DNA of 64,000 nucleotides from Bispira polyomma (Eukaryota): NCBI GenBank assembly GCA_965649765.1, contig OZ287752.1, positions 87,234,001 to 87,298,000 of the forward strand, read 5' to 3'. Shown piece by piece: positions 1 to 12,900 of this stretch (position 1 is its first letter; each line of letters starts with the position of its first letter). The notes under the pieces were generated by a model. It saw only the letters and a program-made list of their open reading frames with translations, ran no database searches and was not told where the DNA came from. The position numbers and the translations under genes were made by a program.

Positions 1-319
1 CAGGCTACAACAACCAACTCCTTACACAAACTCACCAGGGTAACACCAGAAATGGGCACAGTTAATTGTAGCTAGTTGAGCAAAGTCAGCTAACATAATG
101 ACAGCTAGTTAATTCACAGTAAAAAATGGAAATATTTAACAAAGAAGGAAAGGTAAGTTTTGAAGAGATAGGTTTTAAGTTTGCCCTCAAACCCAGAAAG
201 TGTTTCCAGTGATCCAAGCTCAATTGGGAGACTCTACCAGACTGTCATATTATGTAAATTAGATGTCTGATGCATAAATGTTTGTGATCATTTGATAACA
301 TACTCTGTAGTTTTTTAAG

Positions 320-449
320 TCAGCTGATGAAGTCGCTGGCTGTGTGTGGAGTTAGGGCACAGAAAAGTGTTTTGCGGCATCCGGATGATCCGGACCGGAT
401 CCTGCCTTTATCTGGGTCTACAAGAAATTTGAAATGTCTCCGATCTTTC
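320..449 (-). CDS. Tentative terminal coding exon of the nested peptide gene
   Basis: tttgtacag|G gives a phase-compatible continuation KKDRRHFKFLVDPDKGRIRSGSSGCRKTLFCALTPHTASDFIS-TGA, with basic clusters and C-x5-C. The acceptor is weak; an alternative acceptor at 480 would end the protein after KTLP. Confidence 0.35.
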
Positions 450-1213
450 CTGTACAAACCACCCTTTCATGGAAGTGTTCTGCAGAACTACTAAAGGGAT
501 CATTCCACTATATGGTGCAAACTCATACCTTACCATATATATATATTAACACCTGTTCATGGCATTTTTCCCAGATTTTTAGATTTTAAGTTAGGAATTT
601 TCAAAATTGAGATTTTTCAGAATTTTTTAAATGTCAATATCTTATTACCTATTGGATTAAGTGACTTGAAATGTATTGTGGGCCTTTATAAAACCAGAGT
701 CATGCAATCGAATGCAATCTAAGGTCAGATTTGACCTGAGACCTTGGACTCAAAATCAAACTGGGATCATAGCAGTCAATTTCCAGTATTTTATATCATA
801 TCTCTAAAAGTATTACATAGAATACCACTAAACTAGCCAGTATCGGTATATGTTTGACAGGCTCAATAAACATACTGGTAATGTTATTATAAGAGAATGC
901 TTGACAGACAGATGCATCATGATAACACCACTAGCTGTCTCTTAATAACCCCATTGTGTATGGTAATATTTTGACATCAGTGAGAAAGGGTGCCAATTGT
1001 AAGGTATCGTGATTATAGTCTTTATAAAATTGTGATATCATGTGGATTTTCAATTTAACTTTTGTTTCAGAATAGTTACATTGAATAGCATTTAGGTTAG
1101 TGCTGAAGTTTAGTAATTTCAGACCCATACATTACAGTTGAAGGGAAACCATGGGCAAGTAGTGCTTCAAAATGTGAGTATTTCCTGAACTCAAACCCAA
1201 CGAGTTGGTGACC

Positions 1214-2398
1214 CAATCTCCTCCCAGTGTCAATGAATTCAGCTTAATCTCCTCCCAGTGTAAAAGAATTCAGCTTAATCTCCTCCCAGTGTCAATGAAG
1301 TCAGCTTAACCTCCTCCCAGTGTCAATGAAGTCAGCTTAATCTCCTCCCAGTGTCAATGAAGTCAGCTTAATCTCCTCCCAGTGTCAATGAAGTCAGCTT
1401 AATCTCCTCCCCAGTGTCAAAAAAAGTCAGCTTAATTTCCTCCCAGTGTCAATGAAGTCAGCTTAATCTCCTCCCAGTGTCAATGAAGTCAGCTTAATCT
1501 CCTCCCCAGTGTCAAAAAAAGTCAGCTTAATTTCCTCCCAGTGTCAATGAAGTCAGCTTAATCTCCTCCCAGTGTCAATGAAGTCAGCTTAATCTCCTCC
1601 CCAGTGTCAAAAAAAGTCAGCTTAATTTCCTCCCAGTGTCAATGAAGTCAGCTTAATCTCCTCCCAGTGTCAATGAAGTCAGCTTAATCTCCTCCCCAGT
1701 GTCAAAAAAAGTCAGCTTAATTTCCTCCCAGTGTCAATGAAGTCAGCTTAATCTCCTCCCAGTGTCAATGAAGTCAGCTTAATCTCCTCCCCAGTGTCAA
1801 AAAAAGTCAGCTTAATTTCCTCCCAGTGTCAATGAAGTCAGCTTAATCTCCTCCCAGTGTCAATGAAGTCAGCTTAATCTCCTCCCCAGTGTCAAAAAAA
1901 GTCAGCTTAATTTCCTCCCAGTGTCAATGAAGTCAGCTTAATCTCCTCCCAGTGTCAATGAAGTCAGCTTAATCTCCTCCCCAGTGTCAAAAAAAGTCAG
2001 CTTAATTTCCTCCCAGTGTCAATGAAGTCAGCTTAATCTCCTCCCAGTGTCAATGAAGTCAGCTTAATCTCCTCCCCAGTGTCAAAAAAAGTCAGCTTAA
2101 TTTCCTCCCAGTGTCAATGAAGTCAGCTTAATCTCCTCCCAGTGTCAATGAAGTCAGCTTAATCTCCTCCCCAGTGTCAAAAAAAGTCAGCTTAATTTCC
2201 TCCCAGTGTCAATGAAGTCAGCTTAATCTCCTCCCAGTGTCAATGAAGTCAGCTTAATCTCCTCCCCAGTGTCAAAAAAAGTCAGCTTAATTTCCTCCCA
2301 GTGTCAATGAAGTCAGCTTAATCTCCTCCCAGTGTCAATGAAGTCAGCTTAATCTCCTCCCCAGTGTCAAAAAAAGTCAGCTTAATTTCCTCCCAGTA
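1214..2398. repeat. Minisatellite with 95-bp higher-order unit (31+31+33 bp)
   Basis: aatctcctcccagtgtcaatgaagtcagctt monomers; the 33-bp variant recurs at 1401, 1496, 1591 and onward. Confidence 0.95.
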
Positions 2399-2687
2399 TG
2401 AATGAAGTAAACTTAAGGAATCTCTTTGGGGGACAAGGAGTTTACAAGAACCTTTTTAATCATGACAACATTTTAGACATTTCTAATGTAGCTCTAATAT
2501 TCAATGAAGTAATGTAGCGATCACGCTATCAAGTTCTGGCCACGTTTATTTATGCCAGACTACCCCCCCCCCCCCCCCCCACAAAAATAACGGCAGTCAC
2601 ATAAATACATTCAGGTGTGAAACCCCCCATCCCCACCCCAAACACACATACGCACAGACACACATACTCACGCACACACACACTTAC

Positions 2688-2854
2688 TTCTCATCCATCA
2701 TTTCAGGATGCCATTCACAGCATTCAAATAAGTTGTCTAGTTGTGAGATATCCATGCAGTGGATCTTTCTACATTGGCGGGAACCAATAGCGTCTGTAGT
2801 CGTAGTCATAGCAACCATGATACACAGTGTAACCAAGGTAGAACTCCACTGCAT
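2688..2854 (-). CDS. First coding exon of a candidate small secreted Cys-containing peptide precursor (antisense to CFAP44)
   Basis: Minus strand: tactttatatcccag|A ATG ... GAG AA|gtaagt followed by a GT-rich tract. Encodes MQWSSTLVTLCIMVAMTTTTDA-IGSRQCRKIHCMDISQLDNLFECCEWHPEMMDE (signal-peptide-like N-terminus, C-x4-C-x11-CC). Confidence 0.6.
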
Positions 2855-4039
2855 TCTGGGATATAAAGTACACAACCCCCTAAAAAGTACAGAGCAGACA
2901 CACACTATTGTAATACTGTTTTAGATTTTTGTAATTACTTAGCAATTCTCATGGCTATTCTGTTTACATCAAAAACCTGTCACATGAGTGAACCTCAGCT
3001 GTAAAATTTTGTGGTGGAAATCCATTGAAATTGTTTATGCTAGGAACTTATTATCTCACTATTTATCCCTTTGCCACATAGGAGTAAGGAATCCAAATGT
3101 TGCCACTGTATCTGAAATTTGCCACCCCTTAACATGTAAACCAAATCAACCAAAACTAGCGAAAAATAACTGGAATTTAGGTAAGTAACCCAAATTAGTC
3201 GCACAAAATAGCTACTCCATACAATATCGGATATGAAAATAGCCCTTACAATACCTAGTCCAAGGCTCCACACCCCATTTTGTACACACAGATCCATGAA
3301 TATGCCAGTATTAGTCAGGTCCGTAGTCCATTGTATTCACATTTGTACTCGGCACATATTATATCTACCATTTCTATTTGGTATTCAGAGCCCTAATTAA
3401 ACCCGTTCATGCCTGCTCAAGTACAGCCAACCAGTCAAACTGTGAGTGGCTTGAGTATGACCCCATGTATCAACATTACCAAGGTTCTTTAGCCTGATAC
3501 TGGGGATTTGAAGGCCTTAATTGGTAGAGGACACTGAGATCTTAACTGGTCATCTGGGACACTATGTATCTATCTGTACCTGGTCCCCCTAGGCTGGGAT
3601 CAAAGTCAGGTCCTATGCATTCCTAAGTGAGTATCCTGGCCACTATTAGGTACATGATGACCGAGATATAAACAGAAAAACTATAATCACAGTGACACCT
3701 CTATTTCTGAACTAGAAGTTAAATTTATCATTTAGGTATTTGATTTCAAGAAACTCATTCAACACTCTTGAACTGCTTTCCTCAAACTGTTGTCAGATAA
3801 CTGTTGTCAGATAGGCCAGGGATTTACTATCGTGACCATACAGTGGAACCACTAGTATCCAAAAATTATATTCTCAAAATCTATTTTTCTTTTAGTTTAA
3901 GGAATTTTAAGATTCACTAAAGTAAACTGACGCACCATTTTTTTTATTTTTCACAAACATATTATTTTATTCTCCCTAACTTACTGACAGCGATGTGAAA
4001 CCCCAATGAATTGTTACCGTTAAAGGCTTCCTTGGGGTA

Positions 4040-4430
4040 CATTCATTACCTTCTAGAAGTAAATTGTCACCAATAAGATGGTACCTTTATTACTTTACAC
4101 AAATAATTTGTCACTATGAAGATGGTTTCTTTATTGTCTTCTAAAAGTGAATTGTCACCATTAAGATGGTACCTTTCTTACCTTACACAAGTAATTTGTC
4201 ACCATTAAGATGGTACCTTTATTACCTTACACAAATAATTTGTCACCATTAAGATGGTACCTTTATTACCTTACACAAATAATTTGTCACCATTAAGATG
4301 GTACCTTTATTACCTTACACAAATAATTTGTTACCATAAAGATGGTTCCTTTATTACCTTGCACAAATTGTCACAATTAAGATGGTACCTTTACTACCTA
4401 AATACAAATAAATTGTCAATATTAAGAAAT
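4040..4430. repeat. ~45-bp minisatellite
   Basis: gtcaccattaagatggtacctttattaccttacacaaataattt units. Confidence 0.9.
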
Positions 4431-5914
4431 TGTTTATGACCTAACCCCAATAAAGTGCCACTATTTAGAAATCTTTTACCCCCTTCCTAAGGTGCCTTAC
4501 CTGTAGGTTGAGTCCGCCGATGTTTCTAAATCCGCCTTTCCCACTGACCCGCCCTATTATACAGCCGCCAGATAAGCATTCCTGCGTCATTGCTTTCAAT
4601 ATCCCAATCTCTGTATTCTCTTACAAACTACACACTCCGATTAAATGTCATCCATTTTTCATTTGCTGGTGGAATATTTGAGAAGATAAAAGGCTATCTG
4701 ATAAATTAACCACACAACTTGGGGTCGTGTGAATGGCAGGATTTTAATAAGTTCCCGCCACTGAAACCCCCCTCCTTCCCCCATCACACCCCTACCCGCC
4801 TCTTTTGATTAGCTGTCTGTTCTGTGCGACAGTTTGAAAACTTTTATATAAATTCCAGTTTTAAACTTCTTCGCTTGTTATGTTGGTTTTTTTTTCTCAT
4901 TTCTTTTTGTCAAGAGTGAAATTGCTTAGTCAATTTTGTATCAGGAGTTTGTCAACTTAAAACACAGAATGATAGAAAAGAGCTGTTAAAAAGAGTAATG
5001 GAGTATTCATTAAAGGGAAGAGTATAATATTCAGTACTCATTAAAAAGAAAGAATTTAATATTCAGTACTTGAGTGCTTCTTAAAAGGGAAGAATGTTGA
5101 TTTTCAGTACTTGTGTACTCATTAGAGTGGAAGAATATAATCTTCAGTACTCTAGTACCCATTAAAGTAGAAGAATGTAATAATAATCAGTTCTCGTGTA
5201 CCCATTAAAGGGTAAGAATGTTAATCTATAATATTCACTACTTTAATGAGTACAAATTCAGAAATAAAAGTGGTTCTATTTTCTGACCCTTACTTTCTCA
5301 GTTGACTGTAATTTACTCGGCACTAGACGGGACATCCTTACTAATTGATAGAGACCAACTTAAGGTGTTTTTTATGTATTTTCACACTGGAAGAAGTAAT
5401 GTTTTAGATGGTCTAAGAGTAGTTGTCAATACTAATAATACGACTCATTTTAGCCTTATTAGAAAATCACTACTTTGAAAATAGCCAACAAATATTGTTT
5501 CCTCAGGTATAAAATTGAAAAATAACCCCCATTAATCCCCACCCCCACCCCCCCTCACCGCAGATAAAGGTCCACCTTAAAGTTGCTGTCCTCTATCCTA
5601 TTGTAAGGGACTTGTTGACTGTGTTATGTATGAGTTATTAGTGTTCTGATGAGGTTACCTGGCTGGTGGGGGGGTGGGGGGGTGTTAGATAAGATCAGTT
5701 CATTTGGGCATGGATTGGGGTGACGGATGGAGTCGCTCATTGATAAGAAGCCCTTATTAAGAGGGTGGACTGTGATTGGGGGGGTTAGAGGGGGGTGGGG
5801 ACCCTCACTAATGACACGGTTTCACACACCGTCCACACTTAACCACCAGCCCCCTCACCTGCCATTAAAAGGTCGCCACTCTCTAAGTTAAAGGGGACAG
5901 GTGTTTGTGCTTTG

Positions 5915-6460
5915 AAGGTCTGTGTAGAGGGGTGTCATATACCACTGTGTTATGGCAATCTGGGCCGTATTCACGGTCTGTGTAGAGGGATGTCGTATAC
6001 CACTGTTTTATGGTAACCTGGTCCCGTATTCAAGGTCTATGTAGAGGGGTGTCGTATACCACTGTTTTATGGTAACCTGGGCCCGTATTCAAGGTCTGTG
6101 TAGAGGGATGTCATATACCACTGTGTTATAGTAACCTGGGCCGTATTCAAGGTCTGTGTAGAGGGGTGTCGTATACCACTGTTTTAGGGTAATCTGGGCT
6201 GTATTCATGAAAGGGCTTATCCTGGACTAAGGCTTAAAGTTAAGACATTTGTCTTAACTTTTGGGAAAAAATGCTCAAGACTTTTGTCATACACTTGGCG
6301 GTATTCACAAAGCAGCTAAGTTTTAGCTTAGCCAAGGGCTTAACTTTAAGACAGCTAGGTGCTGGGCTTAACTTTAAGACAGCTAGGTACTGGGCTTAAC
6401 TTTAAGACAGCTAGGTGCTGGGCTTAACTTTAAGACAGCTAGGTGCTGGGCTTAACTTTA
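5915..6460. repeat. ~60-bp array (5915-6207) and 28-bp array (6336-6460)
   Basis: aaggtctgtgtagaggggtgtcgtataccactg... and gggcttaactttaagacagctaggtgct units. Confidence 0.85.
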
Positions 6461-6791
6461 CAGTAACAAGTCTTAGGTTTTCTACTCAACTTCTACAAAT
6501 GATGCATTGTACCTTTAGAGTGTTTAACAAACTATAAAAATTGAACTTTAATAGCATGATATCAATATCAAACAATCTAAACTGTAAGCGGTCATGAATC
6601 AAACAAAAAGTCATAAAATTCCTGACATTTTAAACCATAAATTATCTGAAGGGGCTTAACCAGTCTCAAGTCAAAGTCTAATAAATTAAGCTTTTTTTCT
6701 TTGGGTTCATATAGGCCTGAATAAATAAAAATATATTATTGTAAAAATGTTAATAGTAAAACACACCTAAAACACTATAGCAGCATTTCAC

Positions 6792-6799
6792 TCCTTAAC
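6792..6799 (+). promoter_or_regulatory. U12-type (minor spliceosome) branch point TCCTTAAC
   Basis: Exact TCCTTAAC; branch A is 13 nt from the 3' splice site, with no extended polypyrimidine tract; phase-2 intron. The 5' splice site is not seen in the window. Confidence 0.65.
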
Positions 6800-6811
6800 T
6801 CCCGCCTACAG

Positions 6812-6974
6812 CCACTCCTTTGGTTATGACTGCCAAAAGCGAGCCAACATTCAGATGCTAGATAACGACACAGCCGTGTTTGCCGCGGGAAACCTGGTAC
6901 AGATCCTCAACATCAAGACTAAAGAACAGATCTACTTGAGGAGTACAAGTGGAGGGGGCATTGGGGCTATAACA
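6812..6974 (+). CDS. CFAP44: CFAP44 exon (window exon 1)
   Basis: cag|C CAC TCC TTT GGT ([12 protein letters not shown]...GIGAIT)|gtgagt. Confidence 0.93.
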
Positions 6975-9900
6975 GTGAGTACAAGTGGAGGGGGCATTGG
7001 GGCTATAACAGTGAGTACAAGTGCAGGGCGCATTGGGGCTACAACAGTGAGTACAAGTGGAGGGGGCATTGGGGCTATAACAGTGAGTACAAGTGGAGGA
7101 GGCATTATGGCTATAACAGTAAGTACAAGTGGAGGGGGCATTGGGGCTATAACAGTGAGTACAAGTGGAGGGGGGCATTAGGGCTATAACAGTGAGTACA
7201 AGTGGAGGAGGCATTGGGGCTATAACAGTGAGTACAAGTGGAGGGGGCATTGGGGCTATAACAGTGAGTACAAGTGGAGGGGGCATTATGGCTATAACAG
7301 TGAGTGTATAGGGGGACAATAACAGTTAGGGTAGCTATAATATTGAGTGTATACTCATAGAATAACAAGATTTGTTGGGGTATTATAAGTTTTCCACAGA
7401 CCAACATGAATCACTATAAGCCCATGGGCTCTCAGATCCAAGGGCTGATAATGATTCATGGAGGGATGCTAAAAACCTATAAAGACCATATCATGTTATT
7501 AAATTAGGTAGGGAAATCCCCTACCTAATATGATATGGTTTAGGAATTCAAATGGTTGCCGTGGCAACAATTTTGGGCCAACGTAATCTCAGAACTTACA
7601 AGGACCTCGGCTTTCATATTTGGCATACATGTTTGGTTGATTTTCAAAGAGGCACCGTTTGTAAATTTGTGTTAATTTAACTAGAATTGAGGGAGAAACA
7701 GCCATTTTTCAGCCATTTGACACAGAAAGAGACAGGTCTGTAGGTCAATCTCAGACTGCGACATCATTCACGTGTTCAAGGCTTCCAGTCAATTTCCCGT
7801 CTTCGTGAGAATGACCTAAGTGATCTCGCCAGCTGTTTCATTGATGGATGTTTTTTGGTGAATAAAAGTAGAGTACGGAGTAAGGTCCCGTGATCTTCTG
7901 AGCATGCGCAGTGAAACGATCAATACCCTCTTTCTAATTTATTCTCTCGAAAATGCAAAAGACTAGTACACAAGACGTTGCTAGAACCTTCTAATGAAGA
8001 CCTTTTCTTTGATATTTCAGGAAACAGCTATGTCACTTGTCTGGGTTTGCAGTGAAACTACCGCGAAAACCATATAAAAATTACTTCAAAAACTACTTCA
8101 TAAATATAAGCAATTGTTTGAAGTCTATTTTAAAATATTTCTCAAAATCGAAGTGAAGTTTAATCACAGTTTCTAACAGATCTCGGCTCATTTTAATGTA
8201 ATATTGACGAGACTCCAATTTTATAGTATATGTCTGGACATGGGTCTGTTTTCGACAGTATAAACGGTTCCGGAAGGTGGCTGTCTTTGCAGTGTGTGCT
8301 TACATTTTCTGTGTCAATAAAGTAAAATATTTTTATTAAAATCGAATATTAAACAAATATAAGGGTACTTGCTTCTATTTGGGATTTTTGCCTTCTTCTT
8401 TTAATGAATATTCATAGATTTCTGAGGAAAACAATATTCAAATTGAAGTAGGTCGCTCTCATCAAAAACAGCCCCGAAACTGACATCATAATTCAAAACG
8501 AGGCTGTATATAAGCAAGGAAAAAAGATGGAAAAATGATTGCTTATCGATATATATTTGAAGTTCACCCAATAATATGCAGTAAAATATGTGAACATACA
8601 ACTTTCATTGCTGTTAGGATTATATAAAATGACATAAAGATATAGTTTCTATTTATGGTGTGATCCGTGTGTACAAAAATATGGTTATAGCGTAGATCCG
8701 CTAAATTTTTTATTAAGTCAATGAAAATTAGCCGAAATCTGTTAGAAACTGTGAAGGTATTAGTAGTAAAGCTACAAATTTAAGATTCATGTGACTATAA
8801 ACAGTAAACACTTTATAACCTATTTTATAACCAGTTTACCCTTAGTTAACTGGGACAAACATGGATTACTTTGGAAATCTACCTGTAGTGTAAAATGTAA
8901 AAAAGCGTTTTGTACCCCACAGGTCCACCCCAGTAAGAAGTACTTTGCTGTGGCAGAAAAAGGCACCGCCCCAAACATCAATGTGTTTGAATACCCGAGT
9001 CTCAAGCTCTTCAGGATCTTACGGGGAGGAACCCAGGCGTGCTACTCATTTGTGGACTTTAGGTAAATGTAAACAAAGTACAAACAACTCAGGCTTGCTA
9101 CTCATTTGTGGACTTTAGGTAAATTTAAACAAAGTACAAACAACTCAGGCTTGCTACTCGTTTGTGGATTTTAGGTAAATGTAAACAAAGTACAAACAAC
9201 TCAGGCTTGCTACTCATTTGTGGACTTTAGGTAAATGTAAACAAAGTACAAACAACTCAGGCTTGCTACTCATTTGTGGACTTTAGGTAAAGGTAAACAA
9301 AGTACAAACAACCCAGGATTGCTACTCATTTGTGGACTTTAGGTAAATGTAAACAAAGTACAAACAACCCAGGATTGCTACTCATTTGCGGACTTTAGAT
9401 AAATGTAAACAAAGTACAAACAACCCAGGCGTGCTACTCGTTTGTGTACTTGTATAAATTGTTTCTGTAAAATCCTGAAGCAGTATTCACAAAAGGACTA
9501 AAACCAAGACAGCATGTTAGATTTAGTACATGTTTCTAACCTTAGTCCTATTGTGACTACTTCCCCAGTTTCAGAAATTCTTCACACCTGGGTTATTCTC
9601 AAGACATTTACTTCCTTTGTGGAAATATTGCGTATACACAACTCTATATTCCAGTCCTGAGGTATACATAACTGTCTATTCCAGTCCTGACGTATACATA
9701 ACTGTATATTCCAGTCCTGACGTATACATAACTGTCTATTCCAGTCCTGATGTATACATAACTGTCTATTCCAGTCCTGACATATACATAACTGTATATT
9801 CCAGTCCTGACGTATACATAACTGTATATTCCAGTCCTGACGTATACATAACTGTATATTCCAGTCCTGACCTGTACATAACTGTATATTCCAGTCCTGA

Positions 9901-12900
9901 CGTGTACATAACTGTATATTCCAGTCCTGACGTATACATAACTCTATTTTCCAGTCCTGATGTATACATAACTCTGTCTATTCCAGTCCTGACCTGTACA
10001 TAACTCCGTCTATTTCGGCCCTACAGACGGACGTCTCCTGGCCTCATTTGGGGGAGACCCTGACTTTATGCTCACACTCTAGATCTGTATATGTACATAA
10101 CTCTGTCTATTCCAGTCCTGACATGTACATAACTCTGTCTATTTCAGTCCTACAGACGGACGTCTCTTGGCCTCAGTTGGGGGAGACCCTGACTTTATGC
10201 TCACACTCTGGGACTGGAAACAAGAGAAGACTGTACTGCGCTCTAAAGCTTTCTCCCAGGACGTGTTCAGAGTGACCTTCTCCACCGAACTGGAGGGTCA
10301 GCTGACCTCGTCAGGAACGGGACACATCAGGTACGTGTACACAGCTGCCCTTGATAAAATTCACTTGGTAGAGAATAAATGGAATGGTTACAACACAGAA
10401 GGTATTTTAGGACTAACCCGTAACAAAGCGGGGATATTTAGGGAGTTTGACCACGACTCGTAGGGATATGAAGGTGAAACCTGAGTGGTTCTACAAATAC
10501 AAGTAGTTACTGCTGAATCTAATTAACTAATTCTGTAATGGCGCCTAATCTCCGTACTAGCAGATTCTAAAGTGAGAGAACCAAAATCATTGTTCAGTTG
10601 TCGTGTTGTGGTGTACAGAAAAAAGTGTCGTAACGAGAGAGGGGGTTGGTCATGGTAAGACTGTGTTATGTGGGATAAGCTTTGTGATAGAGATAGGTCT
10701 GGAAAGCTTGCTTCTAAAAGATAAAAGAGAAGGTTATGAAGAAAGGTATACCGCTTTTTACCGTAATGTTGCCCAGGCGATCATTGTACTAAAATTTAAT
10801 CGGGTGGGCGTTTAAACAGACCTGGCCATTATTTGAGTAATTGTGTTTATTAACAACTATGAATTTTCATAAAAATTTTACTACCAAAAGCTAATCATTG
10901 ATCCATTGTAGGTCTAAAATCCAAAATAAATAGGGGTCGTCAGATCCGACGTTTAACTATTTCAGTGTCCGTTTTCCCGGGCGTAAATTCAGACCTAGCG
11001 ATTTTTGCATGATTATGCCAATACTTATATTTACTTTGTTTGTAAAACTTGCAGCTCGAGAAACCTGCGAAATAATGTGACCAAAATATGGTATGACGTA
11101 GCTATGTACTAGCGAGAACCTTCAAACAAAAAACGATTGCTAATATCTGTGATGTCGGCCCAATAATATGCAGTAAAATATGTCAACACTTGAACTTAAT
11201 TGATTATTATTTGGATTATTTTAAGATTTTCGTAGTCGTAGAATTTTCATACAGCGTGAGCGAAAATAGAAGATACTAGACACTATACCTTTGGTATCCA
11301 GACATTTCAATTTTCACAAAGTTTTGACCTGTTATGATTTTTGCAAAGATATTGTTTCTATTTATATACTGCCACCGCCGATATTTATTACCACCCACTG
11401 AAGATAGAATCGATTTGACCACTGACTAGTGGTTCACTAATTTCAGACCTGTTGCAAGCTATAACAGCTGAAAATATTAAAATTAAAAAATAAATTGTTT
11501 GGTCATTTTGAGAGCTGTACAAATAACGTTTTTATCAAGTTTTAAAACAAAATTAGATAGTTCTCGAAATCCATTTCGACCGATAACTAGGGACTGGCTC
11601 ACTATTTTCAGACTTGTCAGTAACTGGCTTTGTACTAGTGGCATTATCATGATATGGCCGCCAGGCCATTCTCCTCTTGTTTAGATCCATGCAATATTAC
11701 GGCAATAAGGAGTACATGTATATTTAATACATTTAGTTTTGTTGTACTGCGGAGAGAAAAGTGCTGCGTCAGATTTGAGAGATTTACAAATGGTACCCAT
11801 TCTGTGGCCGGTGGCTACAAGAATGCGACAGAATACTTGGTCCAAACCTTAACTAAAGTACACCTATATATCTAAGTGTACACCTATGTATTTATCTGTA
11901 CACATATGTATTTACCTGTAAACCTATGTACTTATCTGTACACCTGTGTATCTACCTGTACACCGATGTTAACTTACCTGTACACCTATGTATTTACCTG
12001 TACACATATTTACTTACCTGTACACCTATGTACTTACATGTACACCTATGTACTTACCTGTACACCTATTTACTTGCCTTAACACCTATTTACTTACCTG
12101 TACACCTTTGTATTTACATGTACACCTATGTACGTACCATGTACACCTATATCTACCTGTATATTTACCTCTTTCTGTCCAGTCTACAGCCTTTGTTTGT
12201 GTCCCAGGTTCTGGAAGATGGCCAAAACGTTCACTGGACTCAAACTCCAGGGACAACTCGGCAAGTTTGGGAAGACGGAAATCAGTGACATTGAGGGTTA
12301 CGTCGAGTTACCAGACGGAAAAGTATTGTCTGGGGCTGAGTGGGGGAACATGTTATTATGGGATGGAGGTCTGATTAAGGTAAGGGTGTGTGTGAATGGG
12401 TGAGTGTGTGAGTGTGAGTGGGTGTCTGGGGCCCAGTGGGGGAACATGTTATTATGGGATGGAGGTCTGATCAAGGTAAGGGGGTGTGTGTGTGTGGGTG
12501 TGAGTGGGTGTCTGGGGCCGAGTGGGGGAACATGTTATTATGGGATGGAGGTCTGATCAAGGTAAAGGGGGTGTGTGTGTTTGTGTGTGTGTGTGTGAAT
12601 GGGTGAGTGTGTGGGTGCGAGTGGTTGTCTGGGGCCGAGTGGGAGAACATGTTATTGTGGGGTGGAGGTCTGATCAAAGTAAGGGTGTGTGACTGTGTGT
12701 GGTTTGCAGACACAAACAGCTTTTGATTCTAATGTACACAAACGTTACATGTTTTGTGCATCAGCTTTTTCAAATACGTTGACCCTGAAATCAAATTTGA
12801 GAACTTAAAAATCAGTTTTTTCAGTAAACAATCAAAGGGATTTATTTAATTTGTTTAAATTGCCAACTTGGTTGCTCAGAGTCCAGATGTTCCCACTTTA

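Noticed and set aside
3593-3638. GTATCCTG as the U12 donor with a small upstream exon
   Set aside because: Imperfect match to GTATCCTT and the upstream codons do not resemble CFAP44.
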